Positions 1 to 12,206 of a stretch of 64,000 nt of DNA are shown piece by piece. Each line of letters begins with the position of its first letter. Position 1 is the first letter of the stretch. The notes under the pieces are model-generated. The model was not told the origin of the DNA and searched no databases. It saw nothing but the letters and a program-made list of their open reading frames with translations. The position numbers were made by a program, and so were the translations under genes. Origin of the DNA: Eledone cirrhosa (lineage: Eukaryota); NCBI GenBank assembly GCA_964016885.1, contig OZ024741.1:255564001-255628000 (forward strand), read 5' to 3'.

Positions 1-3000
1 GTTTTGACTTACGGTGTTTCTGCTTACGAGTGTTTCGACTTTCGAGTGTTATGACTTACGGGTGTTTTGACATACGAGTGTTTCGACTTACGAGTCTTAC
101 GGCTTACGAGTGTTTCGACTTACTAATGTTTTTACTTACGAGTGTTTCGGCGTACGAGTGTTTCGACTTCCGAGTGTTTCGACTTACAGGTGTTTTGACT
201 TACGGGTGTTTCGGCTTACGAGTGTTTTGACTTACGAGTGTTTTGACTTAAGGGTGTTTCGACTTACGAGTATTTTTGGCTTACGAGTGTTTCGACTTAC
301 GAGTGTTTTGACTTACGAGTGTTCTGATTTACGGATGTTTCGACACACGAGTGTTTCGAATTACGAGTGTTTCGACTTACGAGTGTTTTGACTTACGGGT
401 GTTTTGACATACGAGTGTTTCGATACGAGTGTTTCGACTTATGAGTGTTTCGACTTACGAGTGTTCTGACTTACGAGTGTTCTGACTTACCAGTGTTCTG
501 ATTTACGGATGTTTCGACACACGAGTGTTTCGATACGAGTGTTTCGACTTACGAGTGTTTCGACTTATGAGTGTTTCGACTTACGAGTGTTCTGACTTAC
601 GAGTGTTCTGACTTACGAGTGTTCCGACTTACGAGTGTTTCGGTTTACGAGTGTTTCGACATACGAGTGTTTTGACTTACGGGTGTTTCGACTTACGGGT
701 GTTTCGACTTACGAGTGTTTTGGCTTACGAGTGTTTCGACTTACTAATGTTTTTACTTACGAGTGTTTCGGTGTACGAATGTTTTGACTTAAGGATGTTT
801 CGACTTACGAGTGTTTCGACTTACGAGTGTTTCGGCTTACGTGAGTTTCGACTTAAGATTGTTCTGATTTACGAGTGTTCTGACTTACGAGTGTTTCGGC
901 TTATGAGTGTTTCGACTTACGAGTGTTTCGGCTTACGAGTGTTTCGACTTATGGGTGTTTCGACTTACGAGTGTTTTTACTTACGGTGTTTCGGCTTACG
1001 AGTGTTTCGACATACGAGTGTTTTGACTTACGTGTGTTTCGGCTTACGAGTGTTTCGACTTACGAGTGTTTTGACTTACGGGTGTTTCGACTTACGAGTA
1101 TTTTTGGCTTACGAGTGTTTCGACTTACGGTGTTTCGGCTTACGAGTGTTTCGACTTACGAGTGTTTTGACTTACGGGTGTTTTGACATACGAGTATTTC
1201 GATACGAGTGTTCTGACTTACGAGTGTTCTGACTTACGAGTGTTTTGACTTACGAGTGTTCTGACTTACGAGTGTTCCGACTTACGAGTGTTCCGACTTA
1301 CGAGTGTTTCGGCTTACGAGTGTTTACGGCTTACGAGTGTTTCGACTTCCGAGTGTTTTGACTTACGGTGTTTCGGCTTACGAGTGATTCGACTTACGAG
1401 TGTTTTGACTTACGGGTGATTTGACTTACGGGTGTTGTGAATTACGAGCGTTGCGATTTACTAGTGTTTTGACTTACGGTGTTTCGGCTTACGAGTGATT
1501 CGACTTACGAATGTTTTGACTTACGGCTGTTTCGGCTTGCGAGTGTTTCGACTTACGAGTGTTTCGGCTTATGGGTGTTTCGACTTACTAATGTTTTTAC
1601 TTACGAGTGTTTCGGCGTACGAGTGTTTTGACTTACGAGTGTTTCGACTTACGAGTGTTTCGACTGACGAGTGTTTCGGCTTACGTGAGTTTCGACTTAA
1701 GAGTGTTCTGATTTACGAGTGTTCTGACTTGCGGGTGTTCTGATTTACGAGTGTTCCGACTTACGAGTGTTTCGGCTTATTAGTGTTTCGACTTACGAGT
1801 GTTTCGGCTTACGAGTGTTTCGACTTATGGGTGTTTCGACTTACGAGTGTTTTTACTTACGGTGTTTCGGCTTACGAGTGTTTCGACATACGAGTGTTTT
1901 GACTTACGGGTGTTTCGACTTACGAGTGTTTTGACTTACGAATGTTTTGACTTACGGGTGTTTCGGCTTACGAGTGTTTCGACTTACGAGTGTTTCGGCT
2001 TACGAGTGTTTCGACTTACTAATGTTCTTACTTACGAATGTTTCGGCGTACGAGAGTTTTGACTTACGAGTGTTTCGACTTACGAGTGTTTCGACTTACG
2101 AGTGTTTCGACTTACGAGTGTTTTAACTTACGAATGTTTTGACTTACGGGTGTTTCGGCTTACGAGTGTTTCGACTTACGAGTCTTTCGGCTTACGAGTG
2201 TTTCGACTTACTAATGTTTTTACTTACGAGTGTTTCGGCGTAGAGTGTTTCGACTTACGAGTGTTTCGACTTACGGGTGTTTTGACTTACGGGTGTTTCG
2301 GCTTACGAGTGTTTTGACTTACGAGTGTTTTGACTTAAGGGTGTTTCGACTTACGAGTATTTTTGGCTTACGAGTGTTTCGACTTACGAGTGTTTTGACT
2401 TACGAGTGTTCTGATTTACGGATGTTTCGACATACGAGTGTTTCGACTTACGAGTGTTTCGACTTATGACTGTTTCGACTTACGAGTGTTTCGGCTTATG
2501 AGTGTTTCGACTTACGAGTGCTTCGGCTTACGAGTGTTTCGACTTACGAGTATTTCGGCTTTCGAGTGTTTCGACGTAAGAATGTTTTGGCTTACGAGTG
2601 TTTCGGCTTATGAGTGTTTCGGCTTACGAGTGTTTCGACTTACGAGTGTTTCGGCTTACGAGTGTTTCAGTGTTTCGGCTTACGTGTGTTTCGACTTACG
2701 AGTGTTTCGACTTACGACTGTTTCGGCTTACGAGTGTTTCGGCTTACGAGTGTTTCGACTTACGAGTGTTTTGACTTACGAATGTTTTGACTTACGGGTG
2801 TTTCGGCTTACGAGTGTTTCGACTTACGAGTCTTTCGGCTTACGAGTGTTTCGACTTACTAATGTTTTTACTTACGAGTGTTTCGGCGTACGAGTGTTTC
2901 GACTTACGAGTGTTTCGACTTACGGGTGTTTTGACTTACGGGTGTTTCGGCTTACGAGTGTTTTGACTTACGAGTGTTTTGACTTACGAGTGTTCTGATT

Positions 3001-5436
3001 TACGGATGTTTCGACATACGAGTGTTTCGACTTACGAGTGTTTCGACTTACTAATGTTCTTACTTACGAGTGTTTCGGCGTACGAGAGTTTTGACTTACG
3101 AGTGTTTCGACTTACGAGTGTTTCGACTTACGAGTGTTTTGACTTACGAATGTTTTGACTTACGGGTGTTTCGGCTAACGAGTGTTTCGACTTACGAGTC
3201 TTTCGGCTTACGAGTGTTTCGACTTACTAATGTTTTTACTTACGAGTGTTTCGGCGTACGAGTGTTTCGACTTACGAGTGTTTCGACTTACGGGTGTTTT
3301 GACTTACGGGTGTTTCGGCTTACGAGTGTTTTGACTTACGAGTGTTTTGACTTAAGGTTGTTTCGACTGACGAGTATTTTTGGCTTACGAGTGTTTCGAC
3401 TTACGAGTTTTTGACTTACGAGTGTTCTGATTCACGGATGTTTCGACATACGAGTGTTTCGACTTACGAGTGTTTCGACTTATGAGTGTTTCGACTTACG
3501 AGTGTTTCGGCTTATGAGTGTTTCGACTTACGAGTGCTTCGGCTTACGAGTGTTTCGACTTACGAGTATTTCGGCTTACGAGTGTTTCGACGTACGAATG
3601 TTTTGGCTTACGAGTGTTTCGGCTTATGAGTGTTTCGGCTTACGAGTGTTTCGACTTACGAGTGTTTCGGCTTACGAGTGTTTCAGTGTTTCGGCTTACG
3701 TGTGTTTCGACTTACGATTGTTTCGACTTACGACTGTTTCGGCTTACGAGTGTTTCGGCTTGCGAGTGTTTTAGGCTTACGAGTGTTTTGACTTACGAGT
3801 GTTTTGACTTACGATTGTTTGGCTTACGAGTGTTCTGACTTACGGGTGTTCTGACTTTCGAATGTTCCGACTTACGAGTGTTTCGGCTTATGAGGGTTTC
3901 GACTTACGAGTGCTTCGGCTTACGAGTGTTTCGACTTACGAGTGTTTCGGCTTACGAGTGTTTCGACTTACGAGTGTTTCGACTTACGAGTGTTTTGACT
4001 TACGGTGTTTCGGCTTACGAGTGTTTCGACATACGAGTGTTTTGACGTACGGGTGTTTCGACTTACGGGTCTTTCGACTTAAGAGTGTTTCGACTTACGA
4101 GCGCTTCGACTTACGAGTGTTTCGACTTACGAGTGTTTCGGCGTATGAGTGTTTTGACTTACGAGTGTTTCGACTTACGAGTGTTTCGAATTACGAGTGT
4201 TTCGACTTACGAGTGTTTTGACTTACGAGTGTTTTGACTTCGGTGTTTCTGCTTACGAGTGTTTCGACTTACGAGTGATATGACTTACGGGTGTTTTCAC
4301 ATACGAGTGTTTCGACTTACGAGTGTTTTGACTTACGGGTGTTTTGACATACGAGTGTTTCGATACGAGTGTTCTGACTTACGAGTGTTCTGACTTACGA
4401 GTGTTCTGACTTACGAGTGTTTCGACATACGAGTGTTTTGACTTACGGGTGTTTCGACTTACGAGTGTTTTCACTTACGAATGTTTTGACTTACGGGTGT
4501 TTCGGCTTACGAGTGTTTCGACTTACGAGTCTTTCGGCTTACGAGTGTTTCGACTTACTAATGTTTTTACTTACGAGTGTTTCGGCGTACGAGTGTTTCG
4601 ACTTCCGAGTGTTTCGACTTACGGGTGTTTTGACTGACGGGTGTATCGGCTTACGAGTGTTTTGACTTACGAGTGTTTTGACTTAAGGGTGTTTCGACTT
4701 ACGAGTATTTTTGGCTTACGAGTGTTTCGACTTACGAGTGTTTTGACTTACGAGTGTTCTGATTTACGGATGTTTCGACATACGAGTGTTTCGACTTACG
4801 AGTGTTTCGACTTATGAGTGTTTCGACTTACGAGTGTTTCGACTTACGAGTGTTTCGGCTTGTGATTGTTTCGACTTACGAGTGTTTTGACTTACGGTGT
4901 TTCAGCTTACGAGTGTTTCGACTTACGAGTGTTTTGACTTACGGGTGTTTTGACATACGAGTGTTTCGATACGAGTGTTCTGACTTACGAGTGTTCTGAC
5001 TTACGAGTGTTTTGACTTACGAGTGTTCTGACTTACGAGTGTTCCGACTTACGAGTGTTCCGACTTACGAGTGTTTCGGCTTACGAGTGTTTTGACTTAA
5101 GGGTGTTTCGACTTACGAGTGTTTCGATACGAGTGTTTCGACTTACGAGTGTTTCGGCTTACGAGTGTTTCGACTTGCGAGTGTTTCGACTTACGAGTGT
5201 TCCGACTTACGGGTGTTTCGACTTACGAGTGTTTTGGCTTACGGTGTTTCGACTTACGAGTGTTTCGAGTTAAGAGTGTTTTGACTTACGAGTGTTCTGA
5301 TTTACGAGTGTTCTGACTTACGAGTGTTCTGACTTACGAGTGTTCTGACTTACGAGTGTTCTGACTTACGAGTGTTCCGACTTTACGAGTGTTTCGGCTC
5401 ACGAATGTTTCGGCTTACGAGTGTTTCGACTTACGA

Positions 5437-5505
5437 AAATAACAAATAGACGCGGTTTCAAATCTCTATGCTTTTCAAATTCATTACATTAATCTTTATT
5501 TATAC
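5437..5505. repeat. 69-bp AT-rich interspersed element, copy 1
   Basis: AAATAACAAATAGACGCGGTTTCAAATCTCTATGCTTTTCAAATTCATTACATTAATCTTTATTTATAC, replacing the GT between TTACGA and GTTTC of one monomer. Confidence 0.97.
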
Positions 5506-5859
5506 GTTTCGCTTTACGAGTGTTTCGACTTACGAGTGTTTCGACATACGAGTGTTTCGACTTACGAATGTTTTTGCTTACGGGTGTTTCGACTTACGAA
5601 TGTTTTTGCTTACGAGTGTTTCGGTTTACGAGTGTTCCGACTTACGAGTGTTCCGACTTACGAGTGTTTCGGCTTACGAGTGTTTCCGGCTTACGAGTGT
5701 TTCAACTTACGAGTGTTCTGACTTACGAGTGTTCTGACTTACGGATGTTTCGACACACGAGTGTTTCGAATTACGAGTGTTTTGACTTACGAGTGTTTTG
5801 ACTTACGGGTGTTTTGACATACGAGTGTTTCGATACGAGTGTTTCGACTTACGAGTGTT

Positions 5860-6690
5860 CTGACTTACGAGTGTTCTGATTTACGGATGTTTCGACATAC
5901 GAGTGTTTCGACTTACGAGTGTTTCGACTTATGAGTGTTTCGACTTACGAGTGTTTCGGCTTACGAGTGTTTCGACTTACGAGTGTTTTGACTTACGGTG
6001 TTTCGGCTTACGAGTGTTTCGACTTACGAGTGTTTTGACTTACGGGTGTTTTGACATACGAGTGTTTCGATACGAGTGTTCTGACTTACGAGTGTTCTGA
6101 CTTACGAGTGTTCTGACTTACGAGTGTTCTGACTTACGAGTGTTCTGATTTACGGATGTTTCGACATACGAGTGTTTCGACTTACGAGTGTTTCGACGTA
6201 TGAGTGTTTCGACTTACGAGTGTTTCGGCTTACGAGTGTTTCGACTTACGAGTGTTTTGACTTACGGTGTTTCGGCTTACGAGTGTTTCGACTTACGAGT
6301 GTTTTGACTTACGGGTGTTTTGACATACGAGTGTTTCGATACGAGTGTTCTGACTTACGAGTGTTCTGACTTACGAGTGTTTTGACTTACGAGTGTTCTG
6401 ACTTACGGGTGTTTCGACTTACGAGTATTTTTGGCTTACGAGTGTTTCGACTTACGAGTGTTTTGACTTACGAGTGTTCTGATTTACGGATGTTTCGACA
6501 TACGAGTGTTTCGACTTACGAATGTTTCGACTTATGAGTGTTTCGACTTACGGTGTTTCGGCTTACGAGTGTTTCGACTTACGAGTGTTTTGACTTACGG
6601 GTGTTTTGACATACGAGTGTTTCGATACGAGTGTTCTGACTTACGAGTGTTCTGACTTACGAGTGTTTTGACTTACGAGTGTTCTGACTT
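5860..6690 (+). repeat. Short higher-order repeat, 269-bp unit x2 plus a partial third copy (also near 21.5, 40.8 and 48.8 kb)
   Basis: Identical translations at 5903/6172, 21522/21791, 40781/41050 and 48797/49066 (offset 269). Confidence 0.8.
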
Positions 6691-8659
6691 ACGAGTGTTC
6701 CGACTTACGAGTGTTCCGACTTACGAGTGTTTCGGCTTACGAGTGTTTCCGGCTTACGAGTGTTTCGACTTCCGAGTGTTTTGACTTACGGTGTTTCGGC
6801 TTACGAGTGATTCGACTTACGAGTGTTTTGACTTACGGGTGATTTGACTTACGGGTGTTGTGAATTTCGAGTGTTCCGATTTACGAGTGTTTTGACTTAC
6901 GGTGTTTCGGCTTACGAGTGATTCGACTTACGAATGTTTTGACTTACGGGTGTTTCGGCTTGCGAGTGTTTCGACTTACGAGTGTTTCGGCTTATGGGTG
7001 TTTCGACTTACTAATGTTTTTACTTACGAGTGTTTCGGCGTACGAGTGTTTTGACTTACGAGTGTTTCGACTTACGAGTGTTTCGACTTACGAGTGTTTC
7101 GACTTACGAGTGTTTCGGCTTACGTGAGTTTCGACTTAAGAGTGTTCTGATTTACGAGTGTTCTGACTTGCGGGTGTTCTGATTTACGAGTGTTCCGACT
7201 TACGAGTGTTTCGGCTTATTAGTGTTTCGACTTATGGGTGTTTCGACTTGCGAGTGTTTTTACTTACGGTGTTTCGGCTTACGAGTGTTTCGACATACGA
7301 GTGTTTTGACTTACGGGTGTTTCGACTTACGAGTGTTTTGACTTACGAATGTTTTGACTTACGGGTGTTTCGGCTTACGAGTGTTTCGACTTACGAGTGT
7401 TTAGGCTTACGAGTGTTTCGACTTACTAATGTTCTTACGAGTGTTTCGGCGTACGAGAGTTTTGACTTACGAGTGTTTCGACTGACGAGTGTTTCGACTT
7501 ACGAGTGTTTTGACTTACGAATGTTTTGACTTACGGGTGTTTCGGCTGACGATTGTTTCGACTTACGAGTCTTTCGGCTTACGAGTGTTTCGACTTACTA
7601 ATGTTTTTACTTACGAGTGTTTCGGCGTACGAGTGTTTCGACTTACGAGTGTTTCGACTTACGGGTGTTTTGACTTACGGGTGTTTCGGCTTACGAGTGT
7701 TTTGACTTACGAGTGTTTTGACTTACGAGTGTTCTGATTTACGGATGTTTCGACATACGAGTGTTTCGACTTACGAGTGTTTCGACTTATGAGTGTTTCG
7801 ACTTACGAGTGTTTCGGCTTATGAGTGTTTCGACTTACGATTGCTTCGGCTTACGAGTGTTTCGACTTACGAGTATTTCGGCTTACGAGTGTTTCGACGT
7901 ACGAATGTTTTGGCTTACGAGTGTTTCGGCTTATGAGTGTTTCGGCTTACGAGTGTTTCGACTTACGAGTGTTTCGGCTTACGAGTGTTTCAGTGTTTCG
8001 GCTTACGTGTGTTTCGACTTACGAGTGTTTCGACTTACGAGTGTTTTGACTTACGAGTGTTCTGATTTACGGATGTTTCGACATACGAGTGTTTCGACTT
8101 ACGAGTGTTTCGACTTATGAGTGTTTCGACTTACGAGTGTTTCGACTTACGAGTGTTTCGGCTTGTGATTGTTTCGACTTACGAGTGTTTTGACTTACGG
8201 TGTTTCAGCTTACGAGTGTTTCGACTTACGAGTGTTTTGACTTACGGGTGTTTTGACATACGAGTGTTTCGATATGAGTGTTCTGACTTACGAGTGTTCT
8301 GAGTTACGAGTGTTTTGACTTACGAGTGTTCTGACTTACGAGTGTTCCGACTTACGAGTGTTCCGTCTTACGAGTGTTTCGGCTTACGAGTGTTTTGACT
8401 TAAGGGTGTTTCGACTTACGAGTGTTTCGATACGAGTGTTTCGACTTACGAGTGTTTTGGCTTACGGTGTTTCGACTTACGAGTGTTTCGATTTAAGAGT
8501 GTTTTGACTTACGAGTGTTCTGATTTACGAGTGTTCTGACTTACGAGTGTTCTGACTTACGAGTGTTCTGACTTACGAGTGTTCTGACTTACGAGTGTTC
8601 CGACTTTACGAGTGTTTCGGCTCACGAGTGTTTCGGCTTACGAGTGTTTCGACTTACGA

Positions 8660-8728
8660 AAATAACAAATAGACGCGGTTTCAAATCTCTATGCTTTTTA
8701 AATTCATTACATTAATCTTTATTTATAC
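8660..8728. repeat. 69-bp AT-rich element, copy 2 (C>T variant at 8699)
   Basis: Same sequence except ATGCTTTTTAAAT. Confidence 0.97.
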
Positions 8729-9397
8729 GTTTCGCTTTACGAGTGTTTCGACTTACGAGTGTTTCGACATACGAGTGTTTCGACTTACGAATGTTTTTGC
8801 TTACGGGTGTTTCGACTTACGAATGTTTTTGCTTACGAGTGTTTCGGTTTACGAGTGTTCCGACTTACGAGTGTTCCGACTTACGAGTGTTTCGGCTTAC
8901 GAGTGTTTCCGGCTTACGAGTGTTTCAACTTACGAGTGTTCTGTCTTACGAGTGTTCTGATTTACGAATGTTTCGACACACGAGTGTTTCGACTTACGAG
9001 TGTTTTGACTTACGAGTGTTCTGACTTACGAGTGTTCTTACTTACGAGTGTTCCGACTTACGAGTGTTCCGACTTACGAGTGTTTCGGCTTACGAGTGTT
9101 TCGGCTTACGAGTGTTTCGACTTACGAATGTTTCGACTTACGAGTGTTCCGACTTACGGGTGTTTCGACTTACGAGTGTTTTGGCTTACGGTGTTTCGGC
9201 TTACGAGTGTTTCGAGTTACGAGTGTTTTGACTTACACGTGTTTTGACATACGAGTGTTTCGATACGAGTGTTCTGACTTACGAGTGTTCTGACTTACGA
9301 GTGTTCTGACTTACGAGTGTTCTGACTTACGAGTGTTCCGACTTTACGAGTGTTTCGGCTCACGAGTGTTTCGGCTTACGAGTGTTTCGACTTACGA

Positions 9398-9466
9398 AAA
9401 TAACAAATAGACGCGGTTTCAAATCTCTATGCTTTTCAAATTCATTACATTAATCTTTATTTATAC
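9398..9466. repeat. 69-bp AT-rich element, copy 3
   Basis: Matches copy 1. Confidence 0.97.
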
Positions 9467-11321
9467 GTTTCGCTTTACGAGTGTTTCGACTTACGAGTGT
9501 TTCGACATACGAGTGTTTCGGCTTACGAGTGTTTTGATTTACGAGTGTTTTGACTTACGGGTGCTTCGACTTACGCGTGTTTCGACTTACGAGTGTTTCG
9601 TCTTACGAGTGTTTCGACTTACGAGTGTTTCGGCTTACGAGTGTTTTGACTTACGAATGTTTTGACTTACGATTGTTTCTGCTTACGAGTGTTTCGACTT
9701 ACGAGTGTTCTGACTACGAGTGTTCTGACTTACGGGTGTTCTGACTTACGAGTGTTCCGACTTACGAGTGTTTCGGCTTATGAGTGTTTCGACTTACGAG
9801 TGCTTCGACTTACGAGTGTTTCGGCTTACGGGTGTTTCGACTTACGAATGTTTTTGCTTACGAGTGTTTCGGCTTACGAGTGTTTCGGCTTATGAGTGTT
9901 TCGACTTACGAGTGTTTTGACTTACGGGTGTTTTGACATACGAGTGTTTCGATACGATTGTTCTGACTTACGAGTGTTTCCGCTTACGAGTGTTTCGGCC
10001 TACGAGTGTTTCGACTTACTAATGTTTTTACTTACGAGTGTTTCGGTGTACGAGTGTTTCGACTTAAGGATGTTTCGACTTACGAGTGTTTCGACTTACG
10101 AGTGTTTCGACTTACGAGTGTTTCGACTTACGAGTGTTTTGGCTTACGAATGTTTTGACTTACGGGTGTTTCGACTTACGAGTGTTTCGGCTTATGAGTG
10201 TTTCGACTTACGGGCGTTTCGACTTACGGGTGTTTCGACTTACGAGTGTTTTGGCTTACGAATGTTTTGACTTACGGGTGTTTCGACTTACGAGTGTTTC
10301 GACTTATGAGTGTTTGGACTTACGAGTGTTTCGGCTTATGAGTGTTTCGACTTACGAGTGCTTCGGCTTACGAGTGTTTCGACTGACGAGTATTTCGGCT
10401 TACGAGTGTTTCGACGTACGAATGTTTTGGCTTACGAGTGTTTCGGCTTATGAGTGTTTCGGCTTACGAGTGTTTCGACTTACGAGGGTTTCGGCTTACG
10501 AGTGTTTCAGTGTTTCGGCTTACGTGTGTTTCGACTTACGAGTGTTTCGACTTACGACTGTTTCGGCTTACGAGTGTTTCGGCTTACGAGTGTTTTGAAT
10601 TACGATTGTTTGGCTTACGAGTGTTCTGACTTACGGGTGTTCTGACTTACGAGGGTTCCAACTTACGAGTGTTTCGGCTTATGAGGGTTTCGACTTACGA
10701 GTGCTTCGGCTTACGAGTGTTTCGACTTACGAGTATTTCGGCTTACGAGTGTTTCGACTTACGAGTGTTTTGACTTACGGTGTTTCGGCTTACGAGTGTT
10801 TCGACATACGAGTGTTTTGACGTACGGGTGTTTCGACTTACGGGTCTTTCGACTTAAGAGTGTTTCGACTTACGAGCGCTTCGACTTACGAGTGTTTCGA
10901 CTTACGAGTGTTTCGGCGTATGAGTGTTTTGACTTACGAGTGTTTCGACTTACGAGTGTTTCGACTTACGAGTGTTTCGAATTACGAGTGTTTCGACTTA
11001 CGAGTGTTTTGACTTACGAGTGTTTTGACTTACGGTGTTTCTGCTTACGAGTGTTTCGACTTACGAGTGTTATGACTTACGGGTGTTTTGACATACGAGT
11101 GTTTCGACTTACGAGTGTTTTGACTTACGGGTGTTTTGACATACGAGTGTTTCGATAGGAGTGTTCTGACTTACGAGTGTTCTGACTTACGAGTGTTCTG
11201 ACTTACGAGTGTTCTGACTTACGAGTGTTCTGACTTACGAGTGTTCTGACTTACGAGTGTTCCGACTTTACGAGTGTTTCGGCTCACGAGTGTTTCGGCT
11301 TACGAGTGTTTCGACTTACGA

Positions 11322-11390
11322 AAATAACAAATAGACGCGGTTTCAAATCTCTATGCTTTTCAAATTCATTACATTAATCTTTATTTATAC
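11322..11390. repeat. 69-bp AT-rich element, copy 4
   Basis: Matches copy 1; read directly from the sequence, not flagged by the ORF track. Confidence 0.97.
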
Positions 11391-12137
11391 GTTTCGCTTT
11401 ACGAGTGTTTCGACTTACGAGTGTTTCGACATACGAGTGTTTCGACTTACGAATGTTTTTGCTTAAGGGTGTTTCGACTTACGAATGTTTTTGCTTACGA
11501 GTGTTTCGGTTTACGAGTGTTCCGACTTACGAGTGTTCCGACTTACGAGTGTTTCGGCTTACGAGTGTTTCCGGCTTACGAGTGTTTCAACTTACGAGTG
11601 TTCTGTCTTACGAGTGTTCTGATTTACGGATGTTTCGACACACGAGTGTTTCGACTTACGAGTGTTTTGACTTACGGGTGTTTTGACATACGAGTGTTTC
11701 GATACGAGTGTTTCGACTTACGAGTGTTCTGACTTACGAGTGTTCTGTCTTACGAGTGTTCTGACTTACGAGTGTTCTTACTTACGAGTGTTCCGACTTA
11801 CGAGTGTTCCGACTTACGAGTGTTTCGGCTTACGAGTGTTTCGGCTTACGAGTGTTTCGACTTACGAATGTTTCGACTTACGAGTGTTCCGACTTACGGG
11901 TGTTTCGACTTACGAGTGTTTTGGCTTACGGTGTTTCGGCTTACGAGTGTTTCGAGTTACGAGTGTTTTGACTTACACGTGTTTTGACATACGAGTGTTT
12001 CGATACGAGTGTTCTGACTTACGAGTGTTCTGACTTACGAGTGTTCTGACTTACGAGTGTTCTGACTTACGAGTGTTCCGACTTTACGAGTGTTTCGGCT
12101 CACGAGTGTTTCGGCTTACGAGTGTTTCGACTTACGA

Positions 12138-12206
12138 AAATAACAAATAGACGCGGTTTCAAATCTCTATGCTTTTCAAATTCATTACATTAATCTTTAT
12201 TTATAC
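12138..12206. repeat. 69-bp AT-rich element, copy 5
   Basis: Matches copy 1. Confidence 0.97.

Noticed and set aside
320-345. TACGGATGT and GGTGTAC variants resemble Candida-type telomeric repeat cores
   Set aside because: They occur only in minority variants and not together. The consensus lacks them, and the nested higher-order duplications fit recombinational amplification rather than telomerase synthesis.
5437-5505. Element as an active MITE, SINE or tRNA-derived insert
   Set aside because: It has no convincing terminal inverted repeats (6 bp only), no clean target-site duplication, no A/B boxes and no cloverleaf. Identical flanks show spread by array duplication, not transposition.
5468-5737. 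MLFKFITLIFIYTF... ORFs with a signal-peptide-like N-terminus starting in the AT-rich element
   Set aside because: The hydrophobic start follows from T-rich codons. The rest is satellite translation of variable length, and in copies 4 and 12 it is cut short by a TAA variant. There is no support without expression data.
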